Of a DNA stretch of 64,000 nt, positions 11,341-21,700 are shown piece after piece. Position 1 is the stretch's first letter, and each line of letters starts with the position of its first letter. The DNA lies in the NCBI RefSeq assembly GCF_032191835.1, contig NC_083229.1, positions 75,454,001-75,518,000 of the forward strand, given 5' to 3'. The DNA is from Heteronotia binoei. Lineage: Eukaryota. The notes beneath the pieces were generated by a model that saw nothing but the letters and a program-made list of their open reading frames with translations, searched no databases and was not told the origin of the DNA. The position numbers were made by a program, and so were the translations under genes.

Positions 11341-12823
11341 CAGATGCTTGGCTGCTGCCGCTGTTACCGGGCCGCTTGGCCCCGCCTCGAGGCTTCGTTT
11401 TGCTGCAGGAGGCAAGAGAATGGGAATCGCCGCACAAGGGGCATTCGTGCTTGTATTTGCACGGCTTCCTGCTGCAACCCCCTTGGGACGAGAAATCCCA
11501 ACACACCAGCCGGGGTTGAACCGGCTGCCCCGCTGAGGCGCGGGTACCGGAAGTCGATGCGTGCCGATTGACGAGGTGGCCGCTATCGGACCTGTCACCA
11601 AAGTTAGGCTTAGCAGGTGACATGAGCTGTAGCCACAGCTGCTGGTGAATGTGGTCCCAGGGGAGGGTGGGGTTCAGCGCCGCCCTCATCCGGAACTCCT
11701 CGTCATACTGCAACCATGCAGCACCGGAGAAGTCCGTGTAGGCCTTATAAATAATGTCTAAGTATTGAAAAAGAGGAGAACCCCGTAGAGGTTGCGCACG
11801 TGCAATAACCCCAGCATAGATTAAAAAACCGGGCAACCAATTGGCCCAGTTCCGCTCCACCTTACGACGTTTGATCTTCTCCTTGTCTTTCTCATCTAAA
11901 TCGTCCTTGTCCTTCTTTTCTAACTCACGAAAAAGAAGGCCAAAGACATCAACATATTCGCCCCGGAGAATTCTCTCACGGGTGGCTGTCGTGAGGTGGT
12001 CACCTAATGGCATAGCAGTGTCGCCAAACGGGCGGCAGTGGAAAGGCACAGAGCCCATCAAATTAGGTGAACAGTACCACCCACCCCATTGGGGGGCCGG
12101 CCAGCCCATCGGCGACACGCTGCCCCATTGGTGCCCCCAGGGCAACGAACCCAAAGGGGGCTGTTGACCGGCGGAGCCAGAAGGGGCGGTAGGCGTAGTC
12201 ACAGAACCAGCTCCCTGGGCGGGAGGCCAAGGCAAAATTTGCCCTTGACCCGACAAGCCGGCTAAAGCTGCAGCGTCAGGCGCGAACGCAGGGCCAACTG
12301 GAGACCCGTGGCCGAAATTGGCAGGCGAACCAGCCGCATTCAGTGGGAACCAAGGGGTCCAAGTTCCCCACGGCCACGAACCTGGATGGCCCGGGGGCCC
12401 CTGCTTACCAACTGGCTCCATGCCTGCGGGTGTCCCGGCTGGAATGGCCCCGTCTGAACCGCCTGGGCGGGCGGGCACCTCAGGAGGGTTACCTTCTTTA
12501 CCATCCGAACTGTCATCAGGAGGCACCGGTCCTGGCACGCCAGACGGTCCCGGCTGGGCAGCCATTTCCTGCAAAGAAGAGAGACGAGCCAGAACCTCCT
12601 GTTCGAAGGCCCTGGTGGACGTCCTGGCTGCTTTGCGCCCGCGCGCCGGGAGAGAAGACTGCGGATCGACACCATGGTGTCTTTCCAATGCCTCAAGGCT
12701 GGCCACAATAGCCTGCCTGGTTTGGGCCTCCTGCTCAGCTCCAGGGGGACCGCCAGGGCGAGGTCTCTTCTGACCAGCCTTTAAGGGCTGCTTGCCCTTT
12801 GCCTTTCCCTGTCCCTTAGGCAT
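11303..12823 (-). CDS. ORF1/Gag-like protein of the YR retrotransposon (~506 aa from ATG 12823)
   Basis: Intact ORF with MPKGQGKAKGK start and Pro/Gly linker. The conserved core LGDHL...WLQYDEEFRMRAA is shared with copy 2. C-terminal Zn fingers C-x8-C-x4-C-x3-H and C-x2-C-x3-H-x4-C. Confidence 0.85.
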   Translation of the reverse strand: MPKGQGKAKGKQPLKAGQKRPRPGGPPGAEQEAQTRQAIVASLEALERHHGVDPQSSLPARGRKAARTSTRAFEQEVLARLSSLQEMAAQPGPSGVPGPVPPDDSSDGKEGNPPEVPARPGGSDGAIPAGTPAGMEPVGKQGPPGHPGSWPWGTWTPWFPLNAAGSPANFGHGSPVGPAFAPDAAALAGLSGQGQILPWPPAQGAGSVTTPTAPSGSAGQQPPLGSLPWGHQWGSVSPMGWPAPQWGGWYCSPNLMGSVPFHCRPFGDTAMPLGDHLTTATRERILRGEYVDVFGLLFRELEKKDKDDLDEKDKEKIKRRKVERNWANWLPGFLIYAGVIARAQPLRGSPLFQYLDIIYKAYTDFSGAAWLQYDEEFRMRAALNPTLPWDHIHQQLWLQLMSPAKPNFGDRSDSGHLVNRHASTSGTRASAGQPVQPRLVCWDFSSQGGCSRKPCKYKHECPLCGDSHSLASCSKTKPRGGAKRPGNSGSSQASGKGSQPHQGDGS

Positions 12824-13029
12824 GATGGGTCCCCGGCACCAACACAGGCAACAGCAGTAGCTAACCACTTAGCCTCCGAACCACTATCTGAAACAGAGGG
12901 GGGGGAGGGCTATACCCAGGGACCCCTAAGGACCCCTGGCTGGCGAAATTGTTGAGGGGGGGGAACCCCCAAACCACTTTTACCCACTCCCCCACCGAAG
13001 AGGGCTAACTGGATATAAAGGCCGGGCCC

Positions 13030-13745
13030 TTAGTCCTCCGGCAGGTACCCGCCTAAAGGCCACGCCCAGAAACCTGTCCCCCAATGCCTAGCACGAGAGA
13101 CCAAGAGGAAGAAGAAGGGAAACCTGACACGGCCGATAGCCGCGGGATAAAGCCCAGAGGAGCGCGAGGCCGCCGGCCCCGACGCGGGCGAAAGCCGCGG
13201 GCGGGGCGCCGCTCTCGCGCCGATCAGCTGTGCCAAAAAGCCGCGTAGACAGGCCGCTCCTGTGCCGAGGCCCGAAGGCTCCCTCTCGACGCGGCCGCGA
13301 GCCGAACGCACAGAACAGCGCAAGAACCCGACGCGGGCGAAGCCGCGGGCGGGGCGCTGCTCTTGCGCCGCTCGACTGCGTCGGCAGGCCGCTCCCGGCT
13401 GAAAGCCGCGGGCGGGGCGCTGCACTCGCACCGATCAGCTGCGTCGGCAGGCCGCTTCCGGACAGAGGCCTGACAAGGCTCGTCCTCCCGGCTCTGAAGA
13501 GGGCCGTTCAACCAGCGACCGCGAGGCCCCGACGCTTCAGAGGGAGGTAGGGAGAAGCGTGCTCTCAGTCCGAAAACGGCCAGCGAAGTGCGTGGCCGGG
13601 GGCGTGGTTGGGCTAAAAAGCCCTAGCGCCACGCCCCCCAGCATCCCCGGATGAAAGAGCCGTTTGCCTCGCTCCATCCGGGGAGGCAAACTCGGCCCCC
13701 GCCCTAAAGCAGGCTGCAGCCGGCGCGGGCGGGAAAGGGCCGGAT
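13030..13745 (-). promoter_or_regulatory. CpG-rich 5' UTR/internal promoter of copy 1 with three imperfect ~55-65 bp repeats and a terminal hairpin
   Basis: GAAAGCCGCGGGCGGGGCGC-type repeats near 13190, 13340 and 13401. Inverted repeat at 13657-13693. Confidence 0.55.
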
Positions 13746-14834
13746 TTCCATGGTGTTTACTGCTGGGAACTCAAAGATAAATGTACACTTGTCAAATAAT
13801 CATATCTATATAAGAGCAGTGCATTCTCATTATACAAATGCTCATTTTTCTGATGCAAAAATGTAACACTGTCTTTTGCAGGTATCTTTGAAACCTGTAT
13901 TCTGTCAGATAAACAATAATTTGCAAAGCTTCTGAAGTCTGCTGCAGTAACTTCCTCTTACTCAATAAAGTAAGCCCAGTTTTGCTGAAATTTCCTCAAG
14001 CTACAAGGTAAACAAAGTATGTGCCAAGGAATAGACCATGTATGCCTTGCAAATATTCACAGAGTGGTGTATGTTCTCTGTTGGCTTCAGTAGTAGGGCA
14101 TAAATGAATATTGATTTTTCACTTTAAAGAAAATTGTGGTTATATTAAGCGGTTTTCCCACATCCCCCCCCCCCTTTCATTTCAATTCCCATACTGTTTT
14201 GGTTTTTCCTCTGATTTCCGCAGGCATTTTTGTGCCCTTAATTTTCCACTTTGTTCCCTCCCCCCCAATTTTTTTCCAGTTTTTTTGAACCCACTTTTAC
14301 CCCAATGTTTTCCGCAAAGCTCATCTGAATTGGCTTTTTTCTTGGTGTGTAATGTTTCTAGTGGTTTTCCTTGACCTACCCACATCCACTCACCTCCAGC
14401 CCACTTTTCAATGATTGGACAATCATCACTGTTAAATCACTCCCTCTCCCCTCCAACACAGCAATTTCAGTTTTTCAGTACAACGCTACAGTTGTCTTGA
14501 ATTCTCAGTTTTCATTTTGAAAATGTAAGGCTCTATCCATTTCCCTTGAAAAGAAAAACTTGCTTTTTCTTTTAAAAATTAAGGCTGGGAATTCAGAGAA
14601 CTAAAGTATCAGTGCAACATGATACTATTATGTCTATATTTTGGTTTTTTTAAAAAAAAATAAGGCAGTGACATGACACCATCGATAACAATGCTGCTAA
14701 CAACAGCACCCTCTCTTGGAAATCCTGACTGTTTAAGCCACATGTGGAAGAAAATAAACTGACTCCACAACTGTAAAAATGCACAGGGAAGGCAGACATG
14801 CAGAAGAACCCCACCCAAACCAATTCCAGTGCCT

Positions 14835-14910
14835 GTAACTCCAGTATGTGGAAAAGGTCTAAGTCTCTCCCAGTAACTCCAGTATGTGGAAAAGGTCTAA
14901 GTCTCTCCCA
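14835..14910. repeat. Perfect 38-bp tandem duplication
   Basis: GTAACTCCAGTATGTGGAAAAGGTCTAAGTCTCTCCCA x2. Confidence 0.85.
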
Positions 14911-15019
14911 CTGAACAATGTGAAGTTCCAGGAGATCACAGTGGTTTCCTCTAAATGAGATCATGTTAGACACTTAGGGTGACTTTGGGATATTTGTCTC
15001 ATTTTACAACTATACAAAG

Positions 15020-15900
15020 GCCCTATATTGGACCACGTCAGCTGGTTCTCTCAGGAAGATGTTGACAAGGTCCTGGCAACTGTGAGGCCAACCACTTGCC
15101 CCCTTGACCCATGGGCTGGTCAAGGCCTACAGGAATGGTAGTTAGGTCCCCTGGGCAGGCCCGGCACTAGGGGTTCCAGTGCCTCAGGTCCAAACCTGCA
15201 CTCCTGCTCCCCTCCAAGTTGTTTTTTTGCACAAGCTAAGCATGTGCAGCCCAATGACATCACCAGAAGTGATGTCATTGGACCACGTGCGCTTGGCCCA
15301 CCCCTGTGCTCGGCCCTCTCCCACTTCAAAGGGAGCTGGAAAGACCTCTTCCCAGCTCCCTCTGAAGCAGAAGAGGGCTGGCATGGGGCAGGTTGAAAAG
15401 ACAGTGGGCATGGGGCAGGTTGAAAAGACTTGCTGCCATGCCCCCCAACTTCGCCGAGCCAGCTCTGAGTGTGCCCACTGTCTTCCCGACCTCACTGAGG
15501 CTTTCTGAGGCTTTGCTGCTTACACTGGCTACTGGTTGAGTACTGAATCCACCAAGCTGCTGGTATTAACCTTTAAAGCCTTATGCAGCCTGTGACCAAC
15601 ATATCTGAAGAACCACCTCTTCCCATATGTGCCATGAAGAGCCTTGAACTCACTGGATCATCCCCTATTAGTTATCCCAGGCCAAAAGGACATCCACCTA
15701 ACCTTGACCAAGGTCAGGGCTTTCTCTGTAGGGCCTGCAAAACAGAGCTGTTCTGCCATTCCTTTAGGTGAGGTGGTGGGCATCCACCTCAATTGGCCTC
15801 CCAATCTACTGAAGCACCCATTGATTCCACCTACATGGCCTTCATAGGTCTTCCTTATACAATTGCTGCAACTTTTTGGATTTTATTGTTTTAGTTATTG
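15020..15900 (+). mobile_element. Degraded L2 fragments interrupted by a ~300-bp insert (~15180-15480)
   Basis: GTATTAACCTTTAAAGCC...GCCTGCAAAACAGAGCTGTTCTGCCATTCCTTT resembles the L2 C-terminus seen at 6307-6648 and 50590-50905. Confidence 0.5.
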
Positions 15901-16140
15901 TAATGTAAGGTAATTAATTGTAATGAGATCTCTGACTCTGCTTTGTTGTGACCCACCCTGAACCTGCATTGGGAAGGGCAGAATAAAAATATTAAAAATA
16001 AATAAATAAGTGATGGAGTCAAATACAGTCCACAAGTAGGTAGCTTATTCACTAACACAGCATCACATTTCCAGAGACAGAGAGACCCTGCAAACAAAAG
16101 AGCAGGACATACCACGGCTGCTGATACCAGGATTACATAT

Positions 16141-16195
16141 GAACATAAGAAGAACCCTACAGGGTCAGACTAGTGATCCATCTAGTCTCAAAGAG
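16141..16195 (-). mobile_element. CR1 LINE 3'-end fragment
   Basis: GAACATAAGAAGAACCC...GTCAGACTAGTGATCCATCTAGTC is the reverse complement of a CR1-type 3' UTR ending in TTCTTATGTTC. Confidence 0.55.
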
Positions 16196-17627
16196 TGGCC
16201 AACCAGTTTCTTGGAGGTCAACAACAAGGCTTAGAAATTGAGACCACCTTTAGAAGTTGCCTCTGGACACTTGTATTCAGAGGTTTACTTCCTCTAAATG
16301 TGAACTAGTCACCATGTCTAGTAGCTGCTTATAGAATGATTCTCCTTGGATATTGTCTGCCCAAGGTCATCATGAACACTGTTTAAAATCAGCTACATTA
16401 CTGTGTGCATGTGTCCTGTTTTTGTAATGCATAGTCATTCATTTTGCTGGTGCAAGATCAAAAATTAATAGATCAAGTTATAGTTGGCAGCAGATATTGT
16501 GAAAGGCTGGCAATGTAAACAGTTAAGCAATTCAGCTTTCCAGCTCTCCAACAAGACTAAAAAAAACATGAAAAAAGCCTCCTTTTAAGTGTCCCCCCCT
16601 TTTGGGATAAAATGGATAGAAGAAGAGGAAAGAACAGCCAAACCTAAACAATATAAGAACATCTGTGCACAAGTCTGAAGAAATGACATGATCCAAAACA
16701 CCCTGCATCTGAAATGCTGCTGAACATGTTTACATTATGAAGTGATATATAACTCCAGAACATGATAGTTTTCAGGGGTCCTGGGGTCTTATTGAGTATT
16801 CTGATCTTAGAAAATTACATTTCCCAGGGTTTACAAATCCAACTATTAGTCCAGGCTGAAAAAAAGGAATGGTGCTTAATTGCAATGCCACCAGGCATCA
16901 CAGACTGAATTTTCATATTCTGATTCAGGTAATACAAACACAATCTTGCTATGTGATGCCTTTATAATTTTAGTGGGATTGATCCCAACTGGGATTAAGT
17001 ACCATGTTGATTTTTTGTGTGCAAATCATTAAATCTAAAATGACACTAATAATTATTTTCCATATATCTCCAAACAACCTTCAAATAGTAATGATTTTCA
17101 GTACTTCTAGTTTAGAACAATTCTCCTTTTAATTAGGCTATACTGTAGATTGATCTGAATGAATGAATCTGGAGTTGAATGCTTAATTCAGGTTTAATCT
17201 GTGCACTGTCAATTCAAACAATGAAAGAATATTAATCTTTTTGAGGATCAAACAAAGAAGTCATTACTAACTAAAAACCATTTTGCCAAGCTAAGAACAA
17301 TAACTGTTCTCAATATTGAAGTTTTGGACTTGACCTATTTATAGAAATAATTATAGATATTACATTGGCTAACACTTATTCCTCAGTTCATTTGTCAGCA
17401 TTTGATAAAACTGATATAGAAAAAGTTTAAATGCAAGAAATAATACACTAGAAGAGGGGAAATATGTTTGAGGATACTACACATTGAAAACAAATATTTG
17501 TGAACACATGGAACCAGCAATACAACTAAATGGTCCTAAATAACTACAGTTTCAAGCACAAGACAAGTGGCATGAATCTATTGAAAATTACCCTTAGACT
17601 GTGAACAAAATCCCTGCTGTATCTTTT

Positions 17628-18122
17628 TTTTTTTAAACTTAAAATTTTTATTTTATAAAAAGCAGTAAACAACAAATTTCGACAAATATATAACATTACA
17701 GTACAGAAAACAATACACTCACACATATTTAAGGGGAGAAGGGAAAATAATAATAATAATAAAAAAATACCTCCGTAAGCGGTTGCACAATTTCTTATAA
17801 AAAGAATCGTCTTGTTACATTCAAGTATTATTCAATATATAATAAAATTTAGGTACTTCTTTGGCATCATACATTTCTTTGATGAACTATTATTTACAAA
17901 GTCCAAAAAAGGAAACCATTTCTCTACAAAATTTTCTCCTATCCTAGGATTATCCCCTAAAGTGAGTTGGGAGGCAATTTTGTCTTGGATTATAACTTCC
18001 CACACCTTCTGAAACCATAAAGTTAGCGATGGCAATTTAGTAGTTTTCCAATTTTTTGCAAGAAGTAGTTTACCTGCTAAGAGTAGTAATGAAATAAGTT
18101 CTGATTTTAATTTGGGAAAATC
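17628..18122 (-). mobile_element. 5'-truncated L1 (~0.5 kb)
   Basis: Poly(T) at the left, ORF2 C-terminus KVWEV...EKWFPFLDFV, TSD GTATCTTTT at 17619-17627 and 18123-18131. Confidence 0.8.
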
Positions 18123-18743
18123 GTATCTTTTATTACATCATGATGTTGAAAATTTGAACTTGTATCCCTTGTTTGAAGTTTGCACATTGGGAAATTAGCT
18201 TAATGTTATCGTTGGTGTAGTATCACCTTACATCACATTCTCCAGAAAACTGAATTTATGGGCTTCTCTTTTTTGGGGTCAGTTCTGTTCCATATGGGTT
18301 TATCTCTTGATTTCAGCATGCTTTTTAGTGACTTTAGTTTTCACTTTGTCCCCCCCCCCATTTTTTTTTTAAGAATACTTTTAACCCCATCTTTTTCTGG
18401 AAGTAGATTTTGAGTCATCTTTTTTATCATGCATCACGTTTCTATGCGTTTTCTTTGACCTACCCACTGCCATGTACTTCCAGCCCACTTTTTAATTATT
18501 GGACTGTTGTCATCATCAAATTATACTCCTTCCTCCCATTCCATCCTGAAGATGAGTAATGTTATTTTTTTTAATGATAAAATATTGATATATGATTATA
18601 CTGTGGTAATACTAGCTTAGCAAGTCCTCTGAACTTCAATGAAGAAGAAGAAGTGTCTAGTCTCTTTGCTGGCTGAGATATATGGAAAAGGCATATCTCC
18701 ACAAGAGAGGGGATAGAGACTTCCTTTAAAAAAAAGCCTTGTG

Positions 18744-21700
18744 GGACTTCCGGTTTCAGTGACCCAAGCTAAAGAGTGACCGGGGTTTGCTCCCATGGAT
18801 TGCTCTTTAATCAGACAGTAGAGGGCCCCCTGGGGACTGGGGGCTTGAGTCATAGACCTCGGGGAGGTCTGTGCAGGTTGGTGGCTTGAAGAAAGGGACG
18901 GAAATAACGGTGGCAGCTGTATTCTGATCTCCCTCATCGCCGCATACCTTGCTGTCCTGATCGCCATCTTGATGGTTGAAGGGTTGAACACCGGACTTTT
19001 CTTTTCTTCCTTACCCTTCTTCATTTTTTCTGCCTTTTCAACGCTGAATTCTGCATGAGCTGAATTGAACAACTGAAATCGCACTGCAGGATTGTAAGTC
19101 TCTTTCATTTATTTATGGAGTTTAGAGAAAACAGAGCAGTGGCAGAGGCGAGTGCAAAGGGGGAAAGAGGGGGGGGGATTACCCGGCTCCTTCTTCCCCT
19201 GTTTCAAGGCTTCGAAAAGAATCTGCTAGATCTCTGTATCAATATATCAAAGTATGATCTTGCTCTGGATTAAAATTTAAAGAGTTTACACCATTTTTAT
19301 TCAAGGAGAAACTTTATATTTATCAAACTGACTGAGTCCCACCCCCACCCCCCGCCAAACAAAAAGTTTCACTCTCTGAGCTACAGTGGAGTGGATTCGT
19401 ACAGTGAGCACACTGGGAGGTGAGCTCTATCTTTTTTCTTTGACAACTCTGGACATAGAGTCAGAAAGATTGGGAGTTTATTACAGGACATAAGATTTAT
19501 ATTCTGAATAAAACTTTGTTGGTCTTAAATGTCCAAAATCAATGGAGAAGAGGATAATGTGTATTGGGTTCTGTTGAATAAATCTCTGCCGGATTTAAAA
19601 GGTCAGGAAGAACGTTCTCAGTGGATTGCAAGGAGAAGTTGCTCAGGGCAATTTTGAATTGTGTGGGCTTTTTCTGTTGGGTTTACTGTAGTGGATTATA
19701 TTTTTGTTGTGGAATATATGGGTCTTTCTTTGGTTTTGTATTTTTTTTCTTTTTCTATCGTGGGCTTCCCATTTTTTGTTGGATTATAATTTTGCCTTTG
19801 GGGTTTTTTTTAAAATGTTCCTTGGATTTTTGGGCTCTTTTGGGTTTTTTCTATGTTTCTTTACCTTTTTCTTTTTTGTTCCATGTTATTTGGCCCTTTT
19901 TTGCCTTTTGGGCTCGTTGAATATAAGATCGCCTGTTGGTTTGTTTTTGGTTCTCTATATGGTTTTTGAAGGAGGGGAGACTGCCTGGAGATGATTTTCT
20001 GATCTACAACTTATAGCTGGTGTATGGTTTTGGAGAAGCTCTTTATTTGGCATGGGTCCCTTGGATTTCTTGGATTATTGCCTGTAACTTTCTTACATCA
20101 GACACTGGCCTGAATTATTGGAAAATTAGGACTGGCTGAATCATCGAACCTATCTTGAGGTCATAAGCTAAGAGACTTGTGTAGTTTTCTAGACGTGGTT
20201 GTTTACTGAGTTATTGGATAGTTGAGAGTGTGTTATGGTAACATTGTATTGTTGAAAGTTCTTCAGCTATTCAATTTCTGACTTTATATGGGCCGGAAAG
20301 AAACCAAGGATTAAGATGAAGATTTTAATAGATGCTAAAGAGAGAGGTGGTTTTCAACTCCCGGATTTAAGATTGTATCATGATGCGGTTTGTTTGACAT
20401 GGATCAAAGATTGGATAATGCTGTTAGATAAAAAAAACCTTTATGGTTAGAAGCTCATGGGAATAAATTCAGCTGGCACGCGTATTTGTATTATGGGAAG
20501 AATAAAATGGATGGGTTTTTTTCTCACCATTATATCAGAAACAGTTTACTAAATACTTGGATAAAATATAAGAAATATGGAGACAAGAGAAAACCGCTGT
20601 GGATAGTGCCAGCAGAAGTAATAAAAATAACAGCTGAATCCGACGAAGAAAGCGAGATGTCATATAATCAACTGCTTAAGATTCAAGGAGATAAAATTGA
20701 ATTAAAATCCTCAGAAGAGTTAAATAATGTATGATTGGTTTCAAATGCAACAAATTAAAAGCTTGATGGAAAACGATATTAAATTGGAGGGAATTAGACG
20801 TGAGCAAACAGAACTGGAAAGGGTCCTGCTTGGAGATAATGAAAAATTGATATCGAAAGTATACAAATTATTATTGAAATGGTCTACAGAAGAAGATGTA
20901 GTAAAGTCTCAAATGGTTACATGGGCAATCAATGTGAACAGAGAAATACAAATGGACACGTGGGAATACCTTTGGAAGAACTCGATGAAGATTTCAAATT
21001 GTCAGAGTATCAAAGAGAACTGTTTTAAGATGATGTATAGGTGGTATATGACGCCAAAAAAGCTGGCTAAGATGAGTAAAAAGATGTTGGATAGATGTTG
21101 GAAATGTAAAAAACATGAAGGTTTTTTCTTTCATATGTGGTGGACTTGTGAAAAAGCGAAAGAGTACTGGAAGATGATACAACAAGAAATCTCCAAAATT
21201 TTGGGTTATAACTTCAAGAAAACTGCAGATACTTTTTTGCTTGGATTAAAATTAGAAAAATTTCCAAAGGAAGACAGGACTTTAATTTGGTACTTGCTCT
21301 CAGCTGCTAGGACATTGTACACGCAGCTGTGGAAACAAGAAAAAATACCAGAGAAATGGGACTGGATTATGAAAGTTTTATCGTGGAGTGAGATGGACAA
21401 ACTAACTAGAACTCTAGGAGACTATGATTTAGACATATTCAAAAAGGAGTGGAAGAAATTTAAAGGATATATAGAGAAAGAGTGGAATATAAAAAGACAT
21501 TGGACAATTTTTTAGTATTAATGAGAAAAAAAATATTGAACTATGATCGGTTAGTAGTACCTTTAGTATTGAACTTAAATCTATAACTTTGAGGAAGTCA
21601 ACATTGGAGGGAGTGGGGATTGAAATACCATATGGGTTAGTACAGAAAATTTTATAATTAAGTTTTGTAACCATATGTTATCAATAAATTGTTAAAACAC

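Larger units (their letters stand above)
7822..13745 (-). mobile_element. Tyrosine-recombinase retrotransposon (DIRS order, Ngaro-like), copy 1, near full length
   Basis: Overlapping ORFs in the order gag (Zn fingers), RT/RNaseH, YR, SGNH hydrolase. GC/CpG-rich block inside AT-rich flanks. AATAAA (7879-7884) and a G7-CAA 3' end are shared with copy 2. The 5' boundary is approximate. Confidence 0.9.

Noticed and set aside
13880-14010. Splice-site-like TTTTGCAG...GTAA interval
   Set aside because: Stops in all three plus-strand frames and no convincing minus-strand exon.
14330-14450. Similarity to 18415-18540
   Set aside because: Two diverged copies of an old dispersed repeat; unassignable and unremarkable.
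18617-19108. 163-aa antisense ORF in the L1 5' region (ORF0-like idea)
   Set aside because: It runs across the TSD into flanking DNA, is low complexity and has no homology I recognise. It would need conservation across copies.
19621-19994. Hydrophobic Phe-rich ORFs resembling membrane proteins
   Set aside because: Translation of the T-rich non-coding part of the L1.
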